A DNA stretch of 64,000 nt from assembly GCA_966250225.1 (NCBI GenBank), contig CBINGM010000004.1, forward strand, positions 86,457 through 150,456. Direction: 5' to 3'. This DNA comes from an uncultured Pseudobdellovibrio sp. (lineage in GTDB: Bacteria > Bdellovibrionota > Bdellovibrionia > Bdellovibrionales > Bdellovibrionaceae). This document shows positions 39,060-46,717 of the stretch, one piece after another. The position numbers and the translations under genes were made by a program. The first letter of the stretch is position 1; each line of letters begins with the position of its first letter. The notes under the pieces were generated by a model. That model did not search any database and was not told the origin of the DNA. It saw only the letters and a list, made by a program, of their open reading frames with translations.

Positions 39060-39402
39060 ATAATTGATCTCCTACCTGAAGGTTCCACTTTTCTGCATTG
39101 CCAGCGGCTGTTTCTACAACTGACGAGGCTTTCCAAAAAGGCCCAATGATCTTATAGGGTTTTACAACTGAAACAATTTTTTCAATTTCCATTTTCTTAT
39201 TCACAAAAATGCAATCGATCGCAAAATTCATAAAAAAAGTGTGAATGTTGTTACAAGGCTTAATCCATAACGCCGAATTCGGGCTTAAAGATTTTCGGCC
39301 TAGTAACCCTTTACCACGGGCAAAAAATGATTCGGCTAGCTCTAGATTTTCAATCAGAAGCTCGGCTTTATCCCCATGTTGAATCTTGTAAAGTTTTGCC
39401 AT
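39046..39402 (-). CDS. DUF192 domain protein
   Basis: FFARGKGLLG, IHTFFMNFAIDCIFV, VVETAAG. Confidence 0.88.
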   Translation of the reverse strand: MAKLYKIQHGDKAELLIENLELAESFFARGKGLLGRKSLSPNSALWIKPCNNIHTFFMNFAIDCIFVNKKMEIEKIVSVVKPYKIIGPFWKASSVVETAAGNAEKWNLQVGDQLYVVS

Positions 39403-39405
39403 CTT

Positions 39406-40314
39406 TTAATTCTTTCCGTACACAAAGCCTAAAATCACTGGTCCGAAAACCATGATAAATACGGCTGGTAAAATAAATCCCATTAATGGAAGTAAAATTA
39501 ATTGCGAAGCCCGCGCACCGGCTTTTTCTGCACGCACGAAGCGCTCTAAACGCATTTGCACCGATTGGTCTTTTAACACCTGTGAAATCGAAGCACCGGT
39601 GGCTTCGGCATCGATTAACACGGCCACAAAAGAAGTGATCTCTGGCATATCTAAACGCGCGGCCATTTCTTTTAAGGCGTCTGTTTTTGATGAACCGATT
39701 TTGATATCTTTTAAAACAGTTTTAAATTCTTCAGCTAACACCGAATTTTCATCAGCCACTTTATCCACGATTTTTTGAATAGCTCCGAAGAAATCAAGAC
39801 CCGCTTCAACCGATAGTGCAAGTAAGTCGATAAAAAACGGCATGTCTTGTTGAACGCTTAAAGTTCTTATGTTTTTCTGGGCCTTACAGTGCATCTGTGG
39901 CATGAACCATCCCACAACACCTAACATGGCTAAGATCAGCGGAGAAAATCCTAAGTCTAATGAAAAGTTCATGATGATTAAAAAAATCGGAAACGCGATA
40001 CCTAAGAAAATCTGGTAACCGATAAATTCATCTTCGTTCATCTCAGATGTCATGCCGCCCACTTTAATCAAGTGACGGATTTTTTTACGATAGCTTTCAG
40101 ATTTAAATTTTGCCGCATGCTGCAGAGTGAACTGATGCACCATCGGACGGCAAAGATTGATGATTCCATTTTTAGATTTAACTGGTTCAGTACCGCTGGC
40201 CCATTGCAATTGCGCTTCGCCGGGCTTACCCGCCAAAATGGAAGTCATGAAAAGATATACCGCCACACCCGCTAGGATGAGACCAGTAAATAACATGAGT
40301 TCAGCACTACCCAT
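39406..40314 (-). CDS. tadC: Type II secretion system F family / Tad pilus assembly protein TadC
   Basis: PFFIDLLALSVEAGLDF, EATGASISQVL, RAEKAGA; TM helices. Confidence 0.88.
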   Translation of the reverse strand: MGSAELMLFTGLILAGVAVYLFMTSILAGKPGEAQLQWASGTEPVKSKNGIINLCRPMVHQFTLQHAAKFKSESYRKKIRHLIKVGGMTSEMNEDEFIGYQIFLGIAFPIFLIIMNFSLDLGFSPLILAMLGVVGWFMPQMHCKAQKNIRTLSVQQDMPFFIDLLALSVEAGLDFFGAIQKIVDKVADENSVLAEEFKTVLKDIKIGSSKTDALKEMAARLDMPEITSFVAVLIDAEATGASISQVLKDQSVQMRLERFVRAEKAGARASQLILLPLMGFILPAVFIMVFGPVILGFVYGKN

Positions 40315-40345
40315 AGATCCTCTTTTGGTTTATAAATTTGGTTGA

Positions 40346-41566
40346 ATGAAAAAAATTGTCCTAGCTTCGCAATCTCCGCGGCGCGCAGAAATTCTGAAAA
40401 AAGCCGGTTATTATTTTGTCTCATTCCCAGTCTTCATATCGGAAATTCCGAATGAAAACCTAAGCTTAGACGAGCAGATAATCGACATTGCGAAACGAAA
40501 AGCCCTGGCTTGCCTAGACCTATGTCCTGACAAAAATCCGGGCAATATTATTTTGGCTTCAGACACCATGGTTTGTTTAGGCAATTCAGCGATTGGAAAA
40601 CCTGAAAACGAACAGGATGCATTTGATACTTTGAAAAAACTTTCAGGCAAAATGCACGAGGTAAAGACCGCGATTATCCTGCTAGACCAAAGTACTAAAG
40701 AGATCACGTCTCATATCGAGACATCGCAAGTTTTTTTCAAAAATTTGAACGACCAAGACATCTGGGATTACATTAAAACCGGTGAACCGATGGATAAAGC
40801 CGGCTCTTACGCCATTCAAGGTTTAGGTGGAAAGTTTGTGGAAAAGTTTGTTGGCGATTACAACAACGTCGTTGGTCTTCCACTTTCGGCCTTAGAAAAA
40901 ATCTTTATCGCTAAAAATTGGTCGTTTGAAAAATCACCGCTTTCACAAATTAAAGCCAAACTTAATTCTGACCAGCATTTACTGGCGGTCAGCAAATTAC
41001 AACCGTTAGAAAAAATTCGTGAACTGGCCTCGCAAGGGCAAAAAGCTTTTGGTGAAAACTATATTCAAGAGGCTTTAGAAAAAGTTGAAGCCTTAAAAGA
41101 ATTAAATTTAGAATGGCATTTGATCGGCCCGATTCAAAAAAACAAAGTAAAGTATTTAAAAAATAACTTTGCTTATTTGCACGCCATTGATTCTTTAGAA
41201 TTAGCCGAATTAGTTTCAAAAAAAGCGTCTGAAATCGGTTTTGTGCAAAAAGTTTTTATCCAAGTAAATCTAGCGAACGAGGCCACCAAAGCGGGTTTCG
41301 TTGAGGAAAGCGTTATCGCCGCCTGGGATAAGTTGACGCAATTGACTCATATAAAAATCGTGGGGCTTATGACCATGCCTCCCCTGCAAAATGAGGCTTT
41401 AGACAATCAAGTTCATTTTAAAAAATTAAAAACTTTGGCCAATCGCTTACAAGTTAAAGAACTTTCTATGGGAACCAGCCACGATTACGAAGTCGCTTTG
41501 AAAGAAGGTGCGACATGGATTCGAATCGGCACGGTTTTGTTTGGCGAAAGGCAAAAAGTAAAGTAG
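40346..41566 (+). CDS. Maf nucleotide pyrophosphatase fused to YggS/PLPBP pyridoxal phosphate homeostasis protein
   Basis: N-half LASQSPRR, SDTMV, DKAGSYAIQG, NVVGLP; C-half LAVSK, FGENYIQE, WHLIGPIQKNK, GLMTMPP, LSMGTSHDY, RIGTVLFG; no stop between. Confidence 0.92.
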   Translation: MKKIVLASQSPRRAEILKKAGYYFVSFPVFISEIPNENLSLDEQIIDIAKRKALACLDLCPDKNPGNIILASDTMVCLGNSAIGKPENEQDAFDTLKKLSGKMHEVKTAIILLDQSTKEITSHIETSQVFFKNLNDQDIWDYIKTGEPMDKAGSYAIQGLGGKFVEKFVGDYNNVVGLPLSALEKIFIAKNWSFEKSPLSQIKAKLNSDQHLLAVSKLQPLEKIRELASQGQKAFGENYIQEALEKVEALKELNLEWHLIGPIQKNKVKYLKNNFAYLHAIDSLELAELVSKKASEIGFVQKVFIQVNLANEATKAGFVEESVIAAWDKLTQLTHIKIVGLMTMPPLQNEALDNQVHFKKLKTLANRLQVKELSMGTSHDYEVALKEGATWIRIGTVLFGERQKVK

Positions 41567-41575
41567 TCTTTTTAT

Positions 41576-42406
41576 ATGACTCATCCTTTACTTAAGACGT
41601 ACAAAGTTGGTTTCATCGGCGCAGGACACATGGCTCAGGCTCTTATCAAAGGAATGGTAGAGTCAAAATTACTAAGACCAGATCAAATCTTAGTTTCGAA
41701 CCGTACTCCGGGTAAGCCTCTTAAGTTAAAAGAATTATATCAAATTCAAGTTCGTGAACATAATGAACAAATCGTTGAAGAGTGTGACATCGTGATCTTA
41801 GCGATGAAACCACAGGATCTTCCGCAAGCTATGGCTAACTTAGCTTCAGCGTTCAACGAAAATCAAATCGTGATCTCGCTAGCAGCGGGAATCACAATGC
41901 GTTCATTACAAAAAATGATTCCACAACCTAGATTAGTTCGCTTAATGCCAAACACGCCATCACTTATCGGTCGCGGTGTTTTAGGTGTGTTAGCGAATAA
42001 AAAAGATGAAGTTGTGACTGAAATCACAAAAGATTTATTTTCAGGTTTAGGTGTGATCTTAGAATTAGAAACTGAAGATCAATTCGATGCTTTAATGATC
42101 TCTTGCTCAAGTGGCACGGGTTTCGTTTTTGAAATGATGATGTACTGGCAAGATTGGATCATCGAACACGGTTTTACCCCTGAACAAGCTAAGATGATGA
42201 CGATTGAAACTTTCGTTGGCGCTTCTCTTTTAGCCGCCCAATCAGCTGGTGTTGATATTGAAGAATTGCAACAGCGTGTGACTTCTAAAAAAGGAGTGAC
42301 GGCTGCCGGACTAAATTCGATGCGCGAATTAGAAATCGAACGCGCACTTCGCATAAGCTTTGAAAAAGCTGCTTTACGCTCACAAGAAATCGCCCGCCAG
42401 ACGTAG
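41576..42406 (+). CDS. proC: Pyrroline-5-carboxylate reductase
   Basis: GFIGAGHMA, LAMKPQ, VRLMPNTP, VTSKKGVTAAG. Confidence 0.95.
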   Translation: MTHPLLKTYKVGFIGAGHMAQALIKGMVESKLLRPDQILVSNRTPGKPLKLKELYQIQVREHNEQIVEECDIVILAMKPQDLPQAMANLASAFNENQIVISLAAGITMRSLQKMIPQPRLVRLMPNTPSLIGRGVLGVLANKKDEVVTEITKDLFSGLGVILELETEDQFDALMISCSSGTGFVFEMMMYWQDWIIEHGFTPEQAKMMTIETFVGASLLAAQSAGVDIEELQQRVTSKKGVTAAGLNSMRELEIERALRISFEKAALRSQEIARQT

Positions 42407-42577
42407 CCGTCCGCGACGTAGGTCTGGCTTCCACACAAAGCATTACGACTTTTGTCGCTCAACCTAAAGTACAGGATATAAGCACATCCTTGGACTCGAC
42501 TTTTTTTTAGGGCAAGTATTACCTATACTAAAATAGTGAACCACGGGTTTCGTTAATTTGATTCATGGAGGAATTAA

Positions 42578-43063
42578 ATGAAATTTTACCCTACTGAAAT
42601 AGCAAATAAGACCTTCGATCGTAAGATGATGGGCTTTGATCCTGAACAAGTAGTTAACTTTCTAACTGTTATTGCTGCGCAAACTGAAAACTTAGCGCAA
42701 CAAATTCAAACATTAACTGAAGAATTAAAAGAAAAAGAATTACAGCTTCACGAATACCGTGACCGCGATAATATTTTACGTAGCGCGATTACCCAAGCTA
42801 CTAAAATGACTGATCAAATGAAAGCAGAAGCTGAGCACGAAGTGAAAATCATTATTTCAGATGCCCAACAAAAAGCTGAAACAATCACTCGCGATGCGAA
42901 AGATTCTTTACGTAAAATCTATCAAGAAATTTCTGATCTTAAAAAATCAAGAATGCAATTTGAAGCCAACCTAAAAGCCATGGCGCAAGCTCACTTATCT
43001 TTACTTGAGCAAGCTGAAGCCTACATGCCGAAAATGCGCATGCAGCACATGGATCTGGAATAG
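42578..43063 (+). CDS. divIVA: DivIVA domain protein
   Basis: PTEIANKTFDRKMMGFDPEQVVNFL plus coiled coil; GGAGG SD. Confidence 0.92.
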   Translation: MKFYPTEIANKTFDRKMMGFDPEQVVNFLTVIAAQTENLAQQIQTLTEELKEKELQLHEYRDRDNILRSAITQATKMTDQMKAEAEHEVKIIISDAQQKAETITRDAKDSLRKIYQEISDLKKSRMQFEANLKAMAQAHLSLLEQAEAYMPKMRMQHMDLE

Positions 43064-43152
43064 TTCTAAAATAAAATAATAATCCAAAACCAAATCGCCC
43101 CTCCCCAACGACGATTTACAACAAGATGAGAGCAAAAAAAAAGGAACTGGTC

Positions 43153-43404
43153 TTAGTTAAGATCCCAGTTCCTACTGCAAGCATAGCTACCGTTGATTTC
43201 TTCCGGTAGCTTTCCTAATTCGTGATGTTTTACCAAATAGTTGGCGTTTAATAAAAACCCGATCGCTAATTTCACAACAGCGTGAAGGCAGTAAGCGATC
43301 AGGTTAATACACTTGAGAACACTTTTCCAAAGGCGCCAAAGCTCCTCGGCGTTTGAATTTTCCCAATTTTCATAGTGTGCTAAATAGTTTTTAGCGTTTT
43401 TCAT
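43153..43404 (-). CDS. Small hypothetical protein (83 aa)
   Basis: AAAGGA SD before ATG 43404 (MKNAKNY...); central hydrophobic stretch. Confidence 0.5.
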   Translation of the reverse strand: MKNAKNYLAHYENWENSNAEELWRLWKSVLKCINLIAYCLHAVVKLAIGFLLNANYLVKHHELGKLPEEINGSYACSRNWDLN

Positions 43405-43649
43405 AAATAGTCCTTTTTGTGCTTTCTCAAGCACGGTTAAATAAAAGTTATTTGTAAGTTTTGATTTTTAAGAACGAAATGACCGTTGAGAAAAAATCAC
43501 AACGAAATTAAACGATGAAAATAATTATCGTTTTCAAATTCATTCTTTTATTTTTTGGTTCTTCTATTAGTTGCTTTTATTGAAGCTATCTAACTTTATT
43601 CAGGTTTCCGCTTAAAAGGAATTTTCCCTCTGGGAAACAGTCTTTTTTG

Positions 43650-43757
43650 CTAGAATTGCTGCGACTTAGGAGAACCGGTCATATCTGCTGCTACATTCAT
43701 ATCAATAGCTTCAACAGAAGTAAGTCCTAAGGCGGTAATATTAGTATGTGTAATCAT
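43650..43757 (-). CDS. Small ORF, 35 aa (MITHTNITALGLTSVEAIDMNVAADMTGSPKSQQF)
   Basis: Not in ORF track; AAGGAG SD 8 nt before ATG; followed by a small hairpin. Confidence 0.55.
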   Translation of the reverse strand: MITHTNITALGLTSVEAIDMNVAADMTGSPKSQQF

Positions 43758-43783
43758 ATGCGATTCTCCTTTCATAAGAATGA

Positions 43784-43815
43784 AGACAAGTTATCTAAGA
43801 ATAGAAAACTTGTCT
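43784..43815. promoter_or_regulatory. Perfect 9-bp inverted repeat, operator-like
   Basis: AGACAAGTT-N14-AACTTGTCT, overlapping a TAGACA -35-like box upstream of the 35-aa ORF. Confidence 0.5.
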
Positions 43816-43878
43816 AGATTTATTTTGTTATGATTGTGATAAGAAACGCTACTGTGGCGAATTGCCCGTTGAAATGAA

Positions 43879-45078
43879 TTACTGATTCTTCTTTTTCTTT
43901 TTAAGCTTCTTTAATTTGATTGTATAACCGAGCTGATCTAAATCCTGCTGCGTTGAAGATTCAGAATTCGGATTAACACTTGAGCTGGTTCCATTTTGGG
44001 GCGGCTGTTCTTCTTCAAGAGGTTGCACATAATCATCGTTACTTGGATCAACTGATTTAAAATAATTTTGATCTACACCATCATTCGTATCTTCACGAAA
44101 TCCATTATCAACGGGCTTAGCTTTTGTTTTCTTCGTTGTTGGACGTGCTCTGCGAACGACAGGTTCGTCCTCGTGGCCGCTACCATAATCAAGAGTAAAA
44201 GTTAAAGCAGCTCCCACAAAAAAACCTTGAGAATAATTTGAACCGGTCACATCGGCGCCACCGTAAGCTTTAAATTTAATAAAATCTGTCATCGCAAAAT
44301 TAACAAAAAGTTCTGCAGCTAAGGCGTTTGGATTGATCGAATAAAATCTTTTACTTCCGCCATTCACACGTGTTGTGACAGCGTCACGACGAGAAGCTGA
44401 ATTTGTGTATTGATCATCTTTAACAGAACTAAAACCATCTAAGGCGGCACCTAATCCCAATTCAGAAAAACGAAACTCTCCGCCCACGCCATAAGTTAAT
44501 AACGTCGATAAACCTTCAGAGCGAATATTTCCGCCCAAATACGCGTAAGGATAAAAACTTCCTAAATCCATACGCATAATCGCTGTCGGTTTAATTTCGC
44601 TAGCGCCATTGCTGTTTAAGCTGTCATCGCCCGTTTCACTGACTTTTTCCATAGGGTGCGAATATTCAAAATCTAAAATCGTCTGAAAGTTGTCGTAGTT
44701 GAGCAATTGGTAATCAGCGCCCACATCAATGCGATTAAAAGTTGAGTTGTTGCGCGTATTGATCGGGTCAACAGATTCTGCAGTCCCCACGTTTCCACCA
44801 ACACGTACTCCAAAATCATGGAACATTCCCCAGCGCAATTGCGGTGTCACATCAATAAGCTGGTAGCTGTTTTCAAAAGGCAGATCTTGCTTTTGGCCGC
44901 CAGAATCAAAGTTGGCCGTGGTTTTGTAGAATTGCGTATCAATCGCCAGATCGAATCTTTGCGAGCGATAAACCTGATAAGGATCAAAAAATGCCTTAGC
45001 TTGAGCAGTCGAAAAAAGAGCCAATCCAAGAATGGCTAAATTCACCTTAGAACGCAGTGTAGTGGATGTTTTTTTCAT
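43879..45078 (-). CDS. Probable outer-membrane beta-barrel protein with charged low-complexity C-terminal tail
   Basis: Signal peptide (AKA-F), alternating aromatic strands, poly-Lys end. Start moved to MKKTST. Confidence 0.75.
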   Translation of the reverse strand: MKKTSTTLRSKVNLAILGLALFSTAQAKAFFDPYQVYRSQRFDLAIDTQFYKTTANFDSGGQKQDLPFENSYQLIDVTPQLRWGMFHDFGVRVGGNVGTAESVDPINTRNNSTFNRIDVGADYQLLNYDNFQTILDFEYSHPMEKVSETGDDSLNSNGASEIKPTAIMRMDLGSFYPYAYLGGNIRSEGLSTLLTYGVGGEFRFSELGLGAALDGFSSVKDDQYTNSASRRDAVTTRVNGGSKRFYSINPNALAAELFVNFAMTDFIKFKAYGGADVTGSNYSQGFFVGAALTFTLDYGSGHEDEPVVRRARPTTKKTKAKPVDNGFREDTNDGVDQNYFKSVDPSNDDYVQPLEEEQPPQNGTSSSVNPNSESSTQQDLDQLGYTIKLKKLKKKKKNQ

Positions 45079-45142
45079 AGCCACACCAGTGTAACCGAGT
45101 TTATATACTAAGAGCAGAAGACAAAGGTCCAGATCGGCTAAA

Positions 45143-46372
45143 ATGAAAAACCCTAATGCAAAACCACTTATCGTAATTTTTTTCACAGTTTTTATTTACC
45201 TTTTAGGATTCGGAATGATTATTCCAGTCCTTCCACTCCTAAGCACACATTACGGAGCAACACCTTGGGTGGCCGGCCTTTTAATGTCGTGTTATTCATT
45301 AATGCAATTTATCTTCGCGCCTTTTTGGGGAAAACTTTCAGACCGCTATGGCCGCCGCCCGATTTTAATGTACTGCCTTTTGGGTGAAATGATTTCTTAT
45401 TTAGTTCTGGCGTGGTCACGTTCACTAGAAATGCTTTTTGTCGCACGTATCATGACAGGATTTTTTGGCGCATCGATTTCTACAGCGTCAGCTTACGTGT
45501 CAGATGTAACGACTCCAGAAAATCGTTCAAAAGGTATGGCCGTGATTGGTGTAGCTTTTGGTTTAGGATTTTTATTTGGCCCAGCCATCGGTGGTGGTTT
45601 AACAGTGTGGGCTGAAACGATGTCATCAGATATGGGCTTTATCGCAAGCTTTTCTGCTTATGGTGTTGCTTTACTGTGCTTGTTCACATTTATTTTTGCG
45701 TTCTTTAATTTAAAAGAATCTATCAGCGCTGAAACAAGAGCTAAAAATAGCTCTGAAAAACAAAAAAAGTTTACTCATTTGGTGCGCTACTTTCATATGA
45801 AAACAGTAGGACCGTTAATTACTGGCTTTGCGTTAGCGACTCTTTCAATGGCTTTAATGGAATCAACTTTGGTTCTTTACATGAAAGATAAATTTAACTG
45901 GAATATCAAAGAAGTCAGCTTTGGTTTTGCATACATCGGTGTGATTATTGTTTTCACGCAAGGGTTTTTAGTTCGCCGTTTACTTCCTAAGGTGGGTGAA
46001 AGAAAAGTTCTTTGTGCGGGTTTACTTTTATTAGGCTTAGGCCTTTTAGGAATCGCCTTTGCGCCGACTATTCCAGCGATGGGTATTGTGATGACGTTAC
46101 TTTCTTTAGGCCATGGTTTAACAAATCCATCTTTTATGGGAAGTGTTTCGTTATTAGTTCCTGCTGAAGAACAAGGTATTGCGTTAGGCACAACACAAAG
46201 TTTATCGGCCCTAGGCCGCGTGATCGGCCCTGCGATTGGTGGCTTTTTATTACAAAGCGCTTTTAAAGGGTCTCCGTTTGTTTTAGCTGGAGGCTTTACG
46301 TTACTTGCCTTAGCGATTATTTTTATGATTTTTAAAGATTTACCTGATCACGGCAAAAAGGTGGCGGCATGA
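45143..46372 (+). CDS. MFS transporter (TetA/DHA1-like)
   Basis: WGKLSDRYGRRPIL motif A, AYVSDVT, GFLFGPAIGG; about 12 TM helices. Confidence 0.95.
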   Translation: MKNPNAKPLIVIFFTVFIYLLGFGMIIPVLPLLSTHYGATPWVAGLLMSCYSLMQFIFAPFWGKLSDRYGRRPILMYCLLGEMISYLVLAWSRSLEMLFVARIMTGFFGASISTASAYVSDVTTPENRSKGMAVIGVAFGLGFLFGPAIGGGLTVWAETMSSDMGFIASFSAYGVALLCLFTFIFAFFNLKESISAETRAKNSSEKQKKFTHLVRYFHMKTVGPLITGFALATLSMALMESTLVLYMKDKFNWNIKEVSFGFAYIGVIIVFTQGFLVRRLLPKVGERKVLCAGLLLLGLGLLGIAFAPTIPAMGIVMTLLSLGHGLTNPSFMGSVSLLVPAEEQGIALGTTQSLSALGRVIGPAIGGFLLQSAFKGSPFVLAGGFTLLALAIIFMIFKDLPDHGKKVAA

Positions 46373-46698
46373 GCTACAACAAAATCGGCTATTACCAGTT
46401 AAACAACTTAATTGAAAACCGCGTTCCGTTTTTATTTTTCAATTACGGGACAGATTTAACCCCTTGGTACACGTCAATTCAGAAACTGCACGTTGAAGCT
46501 TGGCAGGTCTTGCTGACGGAAAGCCAGACTCAAAGCGAATTAGACGCACGTAAGATCCCTAAAGACTTCGCTATTTTGTTATTATGCCCTGATGGCAAGC
46601 AGTCTGAGCGCATCGCCGCTGATTTAGAAAAAAAAGGTTATACAAACGTCTATCTGATTGATGGCGGTTATCAGCAAATGGTGACTGACAGAGGCTAA
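46369..46698 (+). CDS. Rhodanese-like domain protein
   Basis: LLLCPDGKQSERIAADLEKKGYTNVYLIDGG. Confidence 0.85.
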   Translation: MSYNKIGYYQLNNLIENRVPFLFFNYGTDLTPWYTSIQKLHVEAWQVLLTESQTQSELDARKIPKDFAILLLCPDGKQSERIAADLEKKGYTNVYLIDGGYQQMVTDRG

Positions 46699-46717
46699 TT
46701 TGCTAGGCTATCTGCCT

